Source of the DNA: a virus
Lineage: Duplodnaviria; Caudoviricetes
Direction: 5' to 3' (one strand)
IMG/VR virus record: IMGVR_UViG_3300020403_000076
Span: 1 to 26,370 of that record
Length of the DNA: 26,370 nt
Shown here one piece after another: positions 1 to 9,265 of this stretch. The first letter of the stretch is position 1; each line of letters opens with the position of its first letter. The notes beneath the pieces were generated by a model that did no database searches, was not told the origin of the DNA, and worked only from the letters and a program-made list of their open reading frames with translations. A program made the translations under genes and the position numbers.

Positions 1-1
1 C

Positions 2-1972
2 CATTGGATTTGCAGACACAAGTGGGGAACCCGCCATAACGAGGTGTGCCATGATATGTGCCTCATGGTTCTGACCTGGAAACGCCTGCATCTTCTTGCC
101 GTCAAGAGCCTCTTGGTTTTCCTGAGCCGGGTCCTTCGGCGTAGGCTGCTGGGCTTGCTCGTTCATTAGATACTTATCAATATCCCGTACACCCAAGGCT
201 TCGTACATATCCCGATAGACCTCATACATGTTGTGTATCTGTGGAGCTTGCGAAGCCAACTGCATTTTGGTCTGAGCGAGAGCAATCCTTTGAGCTTGTG
301 AAAACACATTCGGGTTAGATACAGGAATAACATCTATACGCTCGTCAAAGTCCTGTGCCTTTACCGCCGAATCAACCCCCTCAATAGAGTACGGGTAAAC
401 AGGAGGCAGGCTTTCAGCCATAACTCTGGACAAAAGCTTAAACTCAAGCTTCATCGCGTAATGCAGGCGTTTATGCACCGCACTCATCACCCGAGAGCCC
501 TGCTCCATCATCGCAATTGTCGTACCAACTGCCGCTTGTTGATTGCCGTCCCCGACCTTCAAGTCTGTGATTGTTGCAAATCGTCTTCCCGCGTCAACAA
601 CAAAGCCAAGAAGGTTGAACAAAGTCCCATCGGGCCCCTTGAACGGCAAAGGCATTAAACTATCGCGTATCGCACCGCCCGGAGCGTCTACATCCCTAAA
701 CTCGCCCGGTTGTAAGGGCTCGTCATCGTCCCTGATCCGTAGTCCGCGAGCTTTGAAGCCTGCTGGGAGGTTGGAAAGCGTCCCTGCATCAATCAATTGA
801 CGCAAAGCAGCAGTCGCGGTCCGCGATAGACCGCCAATTGTATGAATTAAGCCCAAACCATAGAAACCAAAGCCCGGTAAGAACTTGTAATGCACGAAAT
901 ACTGGATTTTTTCCATGTTTTCGTCATTTTCACGGTAGTTACGGCGGATAGAAAGCACCTGACCGTTATCCTGAGAGATAGTCACGATGTATGGAAGCTT
1001 AATTCCTGTAGGTTCGCCGTCCTGACCCTTGTCTTCGTACCCCTCTAGGTCCAAATCAACATGACACTCCAGTAATGTGCAGTCATAGTCCACGGACGAC
1101 GGCTCAAGACCAGTGATTCGGTCTAACTCCGTGCCCAAATCGTCGTCTTCTGACTGCTGTGGCAACACAGGTATGTCTCTGTAGAACCCCGCAATCTGCT
1201 TTTTACGCAATTCGTTAAGGCTCATACGCACGACATGCGTGATATTGGGGCAAGTTTCTAAATCAGCGGTTTCATAGGGCACAATTAAGTGCTCTGCAGG
1301 GATAAATTTACTTACTGCCCTGTCAATACTCTCGTCATAGTAGACTTTTTTGAACGTACTACCCGCTAAAGGTAAATAAAACAGCATCTGGTCAAACTCA
1401 GGTGTGTATTCTTCCATCACATTCGTGATGTAAAAGTTCATAAAGTCCTTTACACGCTGGGCTTGGTCTGATTTTGCGGCATCGGCAGATCCGACAATAG
1501 CAGTACGCACTGGTCCACCCGGCGGCAGCAGCTCGTTGAACGCTTGAGCTTGGAACTGAACCGCCGCTTCAGCCAACAACGGATGCGTGACGCCCGAGGC
1601 TCCTCTGAAGGGCTCGGCCCTCTCTGAATAATTGAATCCCAAGAGTTCCAAACCGTTAGCATAAGCATCTTCCCAATCCTGTCTGCTTGCTTTGTTAGCG
1701 TCGAAGTCACTTGTGAGCTCACTTGCAACTGAACCAAGTATGCGCTCGTCCAAATCCTCTGCCAAATTAGCGTAAAAGCCCGTGTCAGGCATGTCCATCG
1801 ACGGGTCAAAATCAATTACAGCCCCGCCATCCTCTTCTATCTCAATGTCAAAGCCAGATTCCGCTGGCATCTGTAAAGTGCCTGGGGCCTCAATCTCGAC
1901 TTCCGCCATTAATTCTTCTTGGTCAATCTGCGGATTTTGGTTTTCGACCAAAGAAATAGGTGGTCTAGCCAT
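2..1972 (-). CDS. Phage portal protein (partial, runs off the left edge)
   Basis: Not in the ORF track. I translated the N-terminal part by hand from the ATG at 1972: MARPPISLVENQNPQIDQEELMAEVEIE...FYANLAEDLDERILG...DANKASRQDWEDAYANGLELLGFNYSERAEPFRGASGVTHPLLAEAAVQFQAQAFNELLPPGGPVRT. This N-terminus is typical of marine podovirus portals. It lies downstream of terL on the same strand and its start overlaps the stop of 1965..2210. Confidence 0.88.
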   Translation of the reverse strand, partial: MARPPISLVENQNPQIDQEELMAEVEIEAPGTLQMPAESGFDIEIEEDGGAVIDFDPSMDMPDTGFYANLAEDLDERILGSVASELTSDFDANKASRQDWEDAYANGLELLGFNYSERAEPFRGASGVTHPLLAEAAVQFQAQAFNELLPPGGPVRTAIVGSADAAKSDQAQRVKDFMNFYITNVMEEYTPEFDQMLFYLPLAGSTFKKVYYDESIDRAVSKFIPAEHLIVPYETADLETCPNITHVVRMSLNELRKKQIAGFYRDIPVLPQQSEDDDLGTELDRITGLEPSSVDYDCTLLECHVDLDLEGYEDKGQDGEPTGIKLPYIVTISQDNGQVLSIRRNYRENDENMEKIQYFVHYKFLPGFGFYGLGLIHTIGGLSRTATAALRQLIDAGTLSNLPAGFKARGLRIRDDDEPLQPGEFRDVDAPGGAIRDSLMPLPFKGPDGTLFNLLGFVVDAGRRFATITDLKVGDGNQQAAVGTTIAMMEQGSRVMSAVHKRLHYAMKLEFKLLSRVMAESLPPVYPYSIEGVDSAVKAQDFDERIDVIPVSNPNVFSQAQRIALAQTKMQLASQAPQIHNMYEVYRDMYEALGVRDIDKYLMNEQAQQPTPKDPAQENQEALDGKKMQAFPGQNHEAHIMAHLVMAGSPLVSANPM

Positions 1973-2210
1973 CTGTCACCTCACAAGAGCAGCGCGGGCT
2001 CATACCTTTTATGAAAACAGGGGTGTCTTCCCCTACATATGCGCCAGTTACATTAAAATCCATAAACTCTACCGCTTCATCAAGAGACATGCCGTCTCTT
2101 TCGCGCAATATTTCTACGCATTTATCCCAATCGTAAGCAATCATCGTAGGAGAACCGCACCTTTCAGCGGACCCTATAATCGCCTTATCAAAACCATCTG
2201 CTTTCATCAT
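1965..2210 (-). CDS. Small conserved hypothetical phage protein
   Basis: 81 aa (KADGFDKAIIG...IAYDWDKCVEIL...DGMSLDEAVEFMDFNVTGAYVGEDTPVFI). Preceded by an AAGGGAG RBS-like sequence and coupled to the portal start. Confidence 0.8.
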   Translation of the reverse strand: MMKADGFDKAIIGSAERCGSPTMIAYDWDKCVEILRERDGMSLDEAVEFMDFNVTGAYVGEDTPVFIKGMSPRCSCEVTDG

Positions 2211-2224
2211 AACATATCACTCCC

Positions 2225-5200
2225 TTATTGCATATATTGGATAAATTCTGCGATACCAGACTTGACTGGTCCGCCTTTTGCCATTCCCATTTGAGGCCCC
2301 GAATATTTAAATATGTTAGTAAAAACATCTTCAATATCCATTTCGCCTTGTTTCAACTTCCTAATATTTTTGCTTAATTCCTTGTCAGAGAGCTTTTTTA
2401 AGTGTCGCAGATTTAAAAGATCTTGAGACGGCCCTGCAGCGGGGTTCGCCTTTGGAGGGGTATTCCTCTCTGTCAAAACATCTAAAGCAAGCAAAGGATG
2501 GTCCTCTGCAGTTGCAGGAGGGGAAAACATGTCAGAATCTTCATATAGATCAAATAATTTTCCTTGTCTTTCAGGGTTCCCCTGTAAACTAAAATATACA
2601 TTACTTGAACGATTTGGGTCCGCACCTTCTTTTTGAGAACGGCCCGCAGCATGAAGAAGAGCGGCATACCCCTCTATTCCAAATTCTTCAATTAGTTCCT
2701 CTGGAGATGCATTATCAAGTAATAAATTAGCTTGGAAGTTACTCTCGACGGCCTCTGCAAACTCATTAGCACGAGATTCTACTTCTCCCCCCTGCCGCAT
2801 AAAAGGTATAAACTCGGCTATTCCTGCTTTTACATGACCGCCCTTTGCAAACTCCTGTGGCTGGTCCGTGGGCCGTGTTTCGGTCAACGCAGCCCCTGTG
2901 CCAATGCCCACGGTCCCCGCAAAGCCGTACTTCTTTAAAATCTCTAAAGTGGCTGCATCAAAAACAACGTAATTATAATCGTCTGCTCCAGGGTCTAACC
3001 TATCGTACCGCGTACCACGGGTTGAATACTTGGTTCCTTTTATGCCGCTATTATTTAGTAAAACAGAAATACGCGGGTCATCTAAACTCGAACCACCATA
3101 AAATTTGGCAATGGACAACAGAACGCCCTGACCGTCAGCCCGCCCCCGCTCGACCTCCTTAATCAACTTCTCATCGCCAATCTTACGAGCGATTGCTAAA
3201 ACCTTTTCACGGACAGCAGGGTGCTGGTCCTCCATTGGGCGATAAAAATCAATCATTTCGGTGCGCGGATCAATGTCCATAGCTACTTGCATAAGCGTAC
3301 CGTCAGAAGGTCCAAGACCTATAACCTCAAAACCATCCCGCTCCACACCCGTCTTCTCATCAACGTGAACTGCGTTTTTCAAACGTAAAGTTTTACCGTC
3401 ATCAAAAGCATAATCTGTAAAGCCCCCAGCCAAATTCGTATTTGCATTGTCTTCGCCAATGCCATAAACCAATTCATCAAGCAAATCTCCTAACTCTTCG
3501 TTGTCTTCTACAAAAAGCTTTGGTCTGCCTGTATCAGGGTCCGTTACACGCTCTAAATTAAATCGTCCAACAGCCATGTTCAAATCGTCTTCTTCTGCAA
3601 AAGGGTCTAACTCTTTACGAAAACCTACATTCCGTTTGTATGTTTCGCCCACCTGACGAAGATCTGAAAGATAAATACCATGACCAAACATGTTTGCTCC
3701 TTCACCTGTCTTTACATAGTGAAGATCAAACTTATCAAAGTCAGTTCCCGCCCCGTGCCAAGTCTCAACTTTACGGCGACGAGCAGCTTCATTGATTTTT
3801 GGAACCATACCCTGAATGCCGCCTTTACCTGTCGGGTACTGAACCCCCATAGGGCCGACTTCTTTGATTACGTCCTTCATGTCAAAGCCGCCTGGGGCAA
3901 ATACTCCTATAGGAGCGGTTTCAGCTCTTATTCTAAGCTCAAATAATCGGTCCTCTATTCTCTCCAATGCAGCAGGAGAAGTGGCCTTTTTTTGCGATCT
4001 TTCCAATTCACGAATTTCCGCAAACAACTTCTCCCTTTCCTCAGAGCTTCGAGCAACCTTTTCCCCAATTATTCTAAAATAATTATTGTATGAGTCTTCA
4101 GTAATGCCCAAAGCTTTCATTACTTTTTGTTGTTTTTGTACCGCGTCTTGATATCTTCCCGTCATGATTTCTTTTGCGCGGGCCAGAACCTCTTCACGCA
4201 TTGAAAGATTGTTGGGGTCCATTTTTGCCCCTTCATTCATTGGCCCCGGATAAACCATCGCACGAGAGCGCATGCTAATAGGAATATTATTTTGCGTAAG
4301 AATGTCATCACGGGCGGCGGTCAACGCATCGAAAATCATGCCATACTCGCTCATAGGACTAGCATTCATAAAGTTGCCAATATTATAGGTTCCTTGAGCA
4401 AGGCCCGTTCTTATGTTTCGGTCAACTTCATCTAGGCGTTTTACGAAAGCATCAGAAATTTTTTGATAATCAGTTAGAGTAAAAGCCATGCCCCCTTTAG
4501 GTAAGCCCTCTACGTCTTGCAATAAATGCTGTAACTCATGGATCATAATACTTCTAAATTGATCTGGGTCACTCGAATTAAGCTGATCTGCTCTTATTGT
4601 AATGCGTTTATCATACGAGCTAAAATGACCTAGTTCGTCATTTGGGGTCGTTTCAGAAATACGAAGTTCATATTGATTAATGAAATCTCCATACGCCTGC
4701 ATAATAGGGTGATCAGATGGCAGATGCTCTGACAAAGGACTGTCAAAGAATTTCCCAAAGCCAGTTTCTGTCGGAAGGCTCATGGCGTTGTCTAAATAAG
4801 TAATGACATTTCCGCCCTCCAAAGGTTCATAATTGAAAAACTCGTACATGTCATGGACAATACTGTCCATTGGAGCATCCGTCCCAAAATTAATGTCAGA
4901 GAGATCTGCTTCAAATTCAGTGTAGAAAGTTACGGTTGGTTTTCCGTCTGCGTCATATATAATAGAGGGCCCTGTTCCAAAGCCTGTTTGCTTTTTTGTC
5001 TCTCTGAAAATGTCATCCGCTAAAGAATAAACATTTTCTTTATTTGCAAAATCAGCCTCTTTCTCCTTGTATAACTTTTCAGCTAATTCTCTTGATTTTG
5101 TGATTTCAGGAAAAGCTCTAGCCGCTTCTTCACCACCCATCATTTCTGTCCTTGACGTGTCAGGCAAATCCTGATCCGGGGACCGTGGTACGGGAACTAT

Positions 5201-5656
5201 CTGTCCGTCAGGGGTAACACCGACCTCTTGGTTTTGTAAAAGCTTCCTGAAACTGTCAATGCCCCCACCTACTTTCGGGGCTAGTAACGAAAATGCATCT
5301 GTAGCCAACCCCTCTACATTTCCAACGATGCCTAGACCCCGCCCCATTTCTCTTGCGACTTTTAAATCAGGGTCCGTGGGCATCGGACCATAGACTTTTT
5401 CTCCTAAAACCTCAGAACCTGCTAGCTTATCGAGGCCCTTCATCTGTTGCAGCATCCTAATGCTAGGTGTCACAGGAGGTAAAGAAGAGGCTCCTTCGCC
5501 CACCAAACTTAAAAAATCAATGATGCCGCCTGGAATGTCTGTCGTAAAACCCTGTGCCCCGCCAATACCAAATTGTTTTGCCTGTTCTGGCCTTGCGGTG
5601 CCTTTGGGCATTGCAAAGTCAAAGGTTTCTACGTCTTCTGCGGTAATTCTAGCCAT
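2225..5656 (-). CDS. Large polyvalent protein, probably virion-associated or injected, with a zincin-like HExxH domain (LPD23-like) and an ART-PolyVal-like ADP-ribosyltransferase domain
   Basis: 1143 aa. IMIHELQHLLQDVEGLPKGG (HELQH at 4526-4540). VETWHGAGTDFDKFD...TGEGANMFGHGIYLS...GIKGTKY...YNYVVFD (about 2930-3770). Duplicated C-terminal AKGGxVKxGIAEFIxxM motif. Confidence 0.72.
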   Translation of the reverse strand: MARITAEDVETFDFAMPKGTARPEQAKQFGIGGAQGFTTDIPGGIIDFLSLVGEGASSLPPVTPSIRMLQQMKGLDKLAGSEVLGEKVYGPMPTDPDLKVAREMGRGLGIVGNVEGLATDAFSLLAPKVGGGIDSFRKLLQNQEVGVTPDGQIVPVPRSPDQDLPDTSRTEMMGGEEAARAFPEITKSRELAEKLYKEKEADFANKENVYSLADDIFRETKKQTGFGTGPSIIYDADGKPTVTFYTEFEADLSDINFGTDAPMDSIVHDMYEFFNYEPLEGGNVITYLDNAMSLPTETGFGKFFDSPLSEHLPSDHPIMQAYGDFINQYELRISETTPNDELGHFSSYDKRITIRADQLNSSDPDQFRSIMIHELQHLLQDVEGLPKGGMAFTLTDYQKISDAFVKRLDEVDRNIRTGLAQGTYNIGNFMNASPMSEYGMIFDALTAARDDILTQNNIPISMRSRAMVYPGPMNEGAKMDPNNLSMREEVLARAKEIMTGRYQDAVQKQQKVMKALGITEDSYNNYFRIIGEKVARSSEEREKLFAEIRELERSQKKATSPAALERIEDRLFELRIRAETAPIGVFAPGGFDMKDVIKEVGPMGVQYPTGKGGIQGMVPKINEAARRRKVETWHGAGTDFDKFDLHYVKTGEGANMFGHGIYLSDLRQVGETYKRNVGFRKELDPFAEEDDLNMAVGRFNLERVTDPDTGRPKLFVEDNEELGDLLDELVYGIGEDNANTNLAGGFTDYAFDDGKTLRLKNAVHVDEKTGVERDGFEVIGLGPSDGTLMQVAMDIDPRTEMIDFYRPMEDQHPAVREKVLAIARKIGDEKLIKEVERGRADGQGVLLSIAKFYGGSSLDDPRISVLLNNSGIKGTKYSTRGTRYDRLDPGADDYNYVVFDAATLEILKKYGFAGTVGIGTGAALTETRPTDQPQEFAKGGHVKAGIAEFIPFMRQGGEVESRANEFAEAVESNFQANLLLDNASPEELIEEFGIEGYAALLHAAGRSQKEGADPNRSSNVYFSLQGNPERQGKLFDLYEDSDMFSPPATAEDHPLLALDVLTERNTPPKANPAAGPSQDLLNLRHLKKLSDKELSKNIRKLKQGEMDIEDVFTNIFKYSGPQMGMAKGGPVKSGIAEFIQYMQ

Positions 5657-7112
5657 AATATGCGCGGACCTGAGTATGTTTCTCTTCGTCTATGTCCCAA
5701 TCGTCCGTGGGCAGCGATACAAAGTTACCTTGCCGATAACGCATTAACGCTTGGGTCATACTGTCAACAAGGTCATCATACTCTCCATTGGGAAAGGCTG
5801 CAACTTCTTCAATCAGTTCATCGGCAAAGGTCTCGTCGGGGGCATACACCATGCCCGCCTCGAAGAGAGGCGATACAGAATGAACACGAGACACCTTGTC
5901 GTTGCCGCGAGACGGGGTAAAGTTCACAACTGGAATACCCATATTGCGTAATTCGTGCGTCAGGGGGGTCCCTGTGGCTTTCGCTTCAATAATTACAGTT
6001 TCGGGTTCCCAAAAGTTATATTGGTCCCATGCAACCTGCTTTAACTCGGGAAAGTCCCACCGTCCCTTTTTACTGTCCAGCAATATCAACCCTCGGGGGC
6101 CCCCAATCTCATCGGGGCGAAACACGCCCCATGTTGTTATGGCTGAGTAGTCGGCTGACTCCTTTTTTGAAAATGCAGTGTCGTAGCTCTGAATAACATA
6201 TTCCAAGTTAGGTACATTTTCTTTCTCCCATCTTTGCCACCATTCACGAGGTATGATTGCGTTTTCTTCACCAGTTGGACGCTGCTGATACTGAGCGTTC
6301 CACTTCGACGGAGGAATTGACGCCTTTACCTTTTCCAAATCCTCCTTTGACCAGAACTCAGGCCATGTTGGTTCGCCGTCGTCCAAAAGAGCAGGCAGTT
6401 CTACTATCTCCCACTGGTCCGCTCTTGGGTCTTTATTCATTTGTCGAATAAGCTGCCCGGTCAAATCCTTCTCTGACCATCTTGTCATAACCAAGATAAT
6501 AGACCCACCCGGCTGGAGACGTTGTCGGGGGCCCCCAGTGTACCAATCCCACGCATCTTCAAAGCCGTTATTAGACATAGCCGTCTGTTCAGAGTGCGGG
6601 TCATCAATGATCACAAGGTCCCCGCCTCGACCTGCGAGGTTTGACCCAACGCCGACCGCGTAATATGTACCGCCCCTGGCGGTGTCCCAACGACCAGATG
6701 CTTTACTGTCTGCGGAAAGCTTAGCTTCAGGAAATATTTCTGAGTAATCTTCTCTGTCAAGAAGGTTCTTTACCTTACGACCAAAGCCCACGGCGAGCTC
6801 TGTAGTGTGCGTCGCTTGAATAATTTTCATATTAGGATTGCGGCCTATGAACCACGCGGGCAGAAAGTTTGAAGCGAACTCAGACTTAGTATGTCGCGGT
6901 GCCATGTTGATAATAAGTCTCTTGAGGGACCCGTCAGCCACCCTTTGAAACTTCTCTGCAATGATTTTGTGATGTTCACCTGCTATGAACTCAGGCCACA
7001 TCGCTCTTACAAAAGTGAGAAAGTCGCCTCTGCAGGAGTCAATCCTGTCAAGCTGGGCTAATCTTAATTGAAGTTTGACTGCGCGGTCTCTTGCGTCGTC
7101 GCTCATGTCCAC
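5649..7112 (-). CDS. terL: Terminase large subunit
   Basis: 487 aa. ATPase motifs LIINMAPRHTKSE (Walker A-like), LVIIDDPH (Walker B) and VMTRW. RNase H-like nuclease domain motifs QSYDTAF and YDDLVDSMTQA. Confidence 0.95.
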   Translation of the reverse strand: MDMSDDARDRAVKLQLRLAQLDRIDSCRGDFLTFVRAMWPEFIAGEHHKIIAEKFQRVADGSLKRLIINMAPRHTKSEFASNFLPAWFIGRNPNMKIIQATHTTELAVGFGRKVKNLLDREDYSEIFPEAKLSADSKASGRWDTARGGTYYAVGVGSNLAGRGGDLVIIDDPHSEQTAMSNNGFEDAWDWYTGGPRQRLQPGGSIILVMTRWSEKDLTGQLIRQMNKDPRADQWEIVELPALLDDGEPTWPEFWSKEDLEKVKASIPPSKWNAQYQQRPTGEENAIIPREWWQRWEKENVPNLEYVIQSYDTAFSKKESADYSAITTWGVFRPDEIGGPRGLILLDSKKGRWDFPELKQVAWDQYNFWEPETVIIEAKATGTPLTHELRNMGIPVVNFTPSRGNDKVSRVHSVSPLFEAGMVYAPDETFADELIEEVAAFPNGEYDDLVDSMTQALMRYRQGNFVSLPTDDWDIDEEKHTQVRAYYG

Positions 7113-7312
7113 CCTTCTTTCATTTCAATTTCTTTTTTTACACATTTTTTTTCAAAGTATATAACGAGACCTAATTGTTCTTCAATCTCTTGCGACATTC
7201 TTGCTAATCTCTTCTCACAAAGCTCAAGAGACCTGTGGGGGCCCCAAAGATCCGTAACGACAAAGCAGTCTGGGTTTTGTCCTATACACAGGACCATTAA
7301 GACAGTAAACAT
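7103..7312 (-). CDS. Small hypothetical protein, hydrophobic N-terminus, Cys-containing
   Basis: 69 aa, MFTVLMVLCIGQNPDC...ELCEKR...KKC. Its 3' end overlaps the terL start. Confidence 0.65.
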   Translation of the reverse strand: MFTVLMVLCIGQNPDCFVVTDLWGPHRSLELCEKRLARMSQEIEEQLGLVIYFEKKCVKKEIEMKEGWT

Positions 7313-7340
7313 GGCTTGCCCTTTCGCGCTTATTTACCCC

Positions 7341-7366
7341 CATTATATGGGATATTTCATATAATG
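7341..7366. promoter_or_regulatory. Inverted repeat, putative operator upstream of the terL operon
   Basis: CATTATATG-N8-CATATAATG is a perfect 9-bp inverted repeat. It contains TATGGGA-TATT-TCATATA, matching the 18-bp consensus found at other promoters. Confidence 0.55.
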
Positions 7367-7740
7367 ATATCATTTTTTTACCTATTGTTTGTGAAAAACA
7401 TGGACCTCGTCGTCGTCTCGCGGACTCCCGTTGGCCGTCATTTTTTTGACGCGGGCCTTAAGTCGTTGTTTTTGCTTAAAATTAAGTCTATGCGGGCCCC
7501 GCCTTATAAAACTGGATCAATTGCAAATAACTAAGAGCAGCGGGCCGTGATCCATCGCGCTGCTCTAACAATTAACCAACAATTGATCACGGATCACGGG
7601 CCATAGCCTCCGGTGATAGGTTTAAAGCCCGCCCAGCTCGGCCCGCTGGGCAAGTTATCTGCTTTTATCTCACGGCTGCACCCCAGATTTCAGCGCGGGA
7701 AAGTCGAATCTCGGGCCGTTAACCGTACAAACACCCGTCA

Positions 7741-8068
7741 ATCGTTGCTGAGCTCAACGAGAATTAAGCCATTTTAGGTTGTATAAACATAAAACCAGTT
7801 AAAAACGGGCAATTTAAATCCGGTGATTGTTTTAATTGAATAAATGAATGACCAGGCGAGCTGCCCTGGTTCACGTTTAACGCGAATAAATATATTCGGC
7901 GGGAAAAATCGACGCGCTGCATCTCGAATCTTTTGAGCTGCACCCCGAATCTTTTCTGCAGCTCGATCGGATTCAGGGCAAAAACTCGTAAAAACTAGCT
8001 AAAAACTGCGATTTTCAGGCTGATCAGCGTGTAAACATACGGCGATCGTTGCTGAGCTCAACGAGAAT
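7741..8068. repeat. 24-bp direct repeat (two copies) in a long non-coding region
   Basis: ATCGTTGCTGAGCTCAACGAGAAT at 7741-7764 and 8045-8068. Each copy is internally palindromic (TCGTTG...CAACGA; TGAGCTCA). Confidence 0.9.
7916..7957. repeat. Degenerate 21-bp tandem repeat
   Basis: GCTGCATCTCGAATCTTTTGA followed by GCTGCACCCCGAATCTTTTCT. A related copy GCTGCACCCCAGATTT lies at about 7675-7690. Confidence 0.7.
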
Positions 8069-8101
8069 CGCGCTTAAATGGGCCTATTTTTAACAAAACA
8101 T

Positions 8102-8128
8102 AAAAAAAGCCCGCCAATATAGGCGGGC
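8102..8128 (-). terminator. Rho-independent terminator
   Basis: - strand GCCCGCC-TATATT-GGCGGGC-TTTTTTT just after the stop of 8150..8914. Confidence 0.85.
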
Positions 8129-8149
8129 CGGAGTCGTTAATTGTGGGGC

Positions 8150-8914
8150 TTATTTGGGCTTTTTATATTGGCTCGCTTCAACTGAACTCGCGTTTAACCT
8201 GCCTTGAGACCTTCCCATGTCCCCAGCTATATGATGGCGAATTACAGCTCGCGGGCTGAGCTGGCCCATAAACTGATCGAGCTGCTCCGAATCGCTAAGC
8301 TGCTGATCAGAGTCTTTTGTATTTTCCCATTGTTTACGCACATTGTGATAGGCCGCATAACATCCGCCCCGCTCGTCGAGCTGTCCTGCAGCTCGCTTGC
8401 CAGCTCCATGACCAGAAAAGATCACCGGATAATCACGATCACCCCGTGCACATAACGGTTTACCGTCCCCGCAATCAATACAGCTAAAATTGTCCAGATA
8501 TTCGGCTGGGCATCTGACAAGAGTCGTCCCGTTAAAATCCCCTGATCGATAGGACTTAGACTCGCGCCAAAATGATTCATCAACAATGGACACGGCGGGC
8601 TGTCCCCGTTTAATCCACCGGACGGCCTGCTGAAAAGAATCGGCAGAAAAGTTGATCACTGTTTTAGCTGGGCCTAGCAGCTCTTTATACCATTTTGGGT
8701 GAAAGTGAGAATAGGTCATAGATTCGCCCGCCCGTGGCTTAGCATTTAACACTGAGGCCATGTAAACCAGATCAGGCATATCTGAACCGCAGCCGCTAGG
8801 ATTCAAGCTGCAGGTCTTTGGGCAAGTGTCGAAAACAGACTGATCGCCCGCCCTATATGTAACCGCGCAGCCTTTAGTTTTTGCAGCTCTGCTGATTTCA
8901 ACTGTCTTCAACAT
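8150..8914 (-). CDS. Cys-rich putative Fe-S/metal-binding phage protein (Gp88/DUF7227-like)
   Basis: 254 aa with TCPKTC, TYSHF, VINFSADS, VRCPAEY...CIDCG...LCAR, FSGHG, GGCYA and RHHIAGD motifs. Confidence 0.6.
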   Translation of the reverse strand: MLKTVEISRAAKTKGCAVTYRAGDQSVFDTCPKTCSLNPSGCGSDMPDLVYMASVLNAKPRAGESMTYSHFHPKWYKELLGPAKTVINFSADSFQQAVRWIKRGQPAVSIVDESFWRESKSYRSGDFNGTTLVRCPAEYLDNFSCIDCGDGKPLCARGDRDYPVIFSGHGAGKRAAGQLDERGGCYAAYHNVRKQWENTKDSDQQLSDSEQLDQFMGQLSPRAVIRHHIAGDMGRSQGRLNASSVEASQYKKPK

Positions 8915-9141
8915 TGTTCGATTCTCCGTCCGTACTGGTCGAGCTGCGTGTAAACTTTACCCTGAATCAATTCCACAATGTCCGCAGTCTCGTATTGGTC
9001 GGGCTTGTCGTAAACATCGAGCTGCCAAAATTTCCCCGCGTATTCCATCACGACTCCAGTTTCATCACCGTGGATCGGATGTTCATAAAACTTGCGGCCT
9101 GATACTTTAAAAAGGGGCTTAAAGTCGGTTATTTTGTGCAT
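8908..9141 (-). CDS. Hypothetical protein
   Basis: 77 aa, RBS AATGGAG, directly after a TTGACA promoter. Contains FYEHPIHGDE. Confidence 0.8.
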   Translation of the reverse strand: MHKITDFKPLFKVSGRKFYEHPIHGDETGVVMEYAGKFWQLDVYDKPDQYETADIVELIQGKVYTQLDQYGRRIEQC

Positions 9142-9180
9142 TTTTGAATCTCCATTATTTGCACTGTTTCAATTGATATA

Positions 9181-9210
9181 AGATTAAGCCTATATGTGGC
9201 TTTATGTCAA
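9181..9210 (-). promoter_or_regulatory. Sigma70-type promoter
   Basis: TTGACA (9205-9210), 18-nt spacer, TAATCT. Immediately follows a terminator. Confidence 0.65.
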
Positions 9211-9244
9211 AAATAAAAAGCCCGCCAATATAAGCGGGCTTTTC
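9211..9244 (-). terminator. Rho-independent terminator (possibly bidirectional)
   Basis: - strand AGCCCGCT-TATATT-GGCGGGCT-TTTTATTTT after the DUF932 gene. Confidence 0.85.
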
Positions 9245-9265
9245 TGAATGTTTAGGCTGCTGCTG

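Noticed and set aside
461-2294. Track ORFs 461..658, 543..800, 1450..1815 and 1782..2294
   Set aside because: They are antisense or alternate-frame shadows of the portal gene and its neighbour, with no recognisable motifs.
7316-7534. + strand 72-aa ORF upstream of terL
   Set aside because: No RBS, opposite to the local gene orientation, and it overlaps a regulatory inverted repeat.
7741-8068. 24-bp palindromic repeats as a mini-CRISPR
   Set aside because: There are only two copies, separated by 280 bp, far longer than a spacer.
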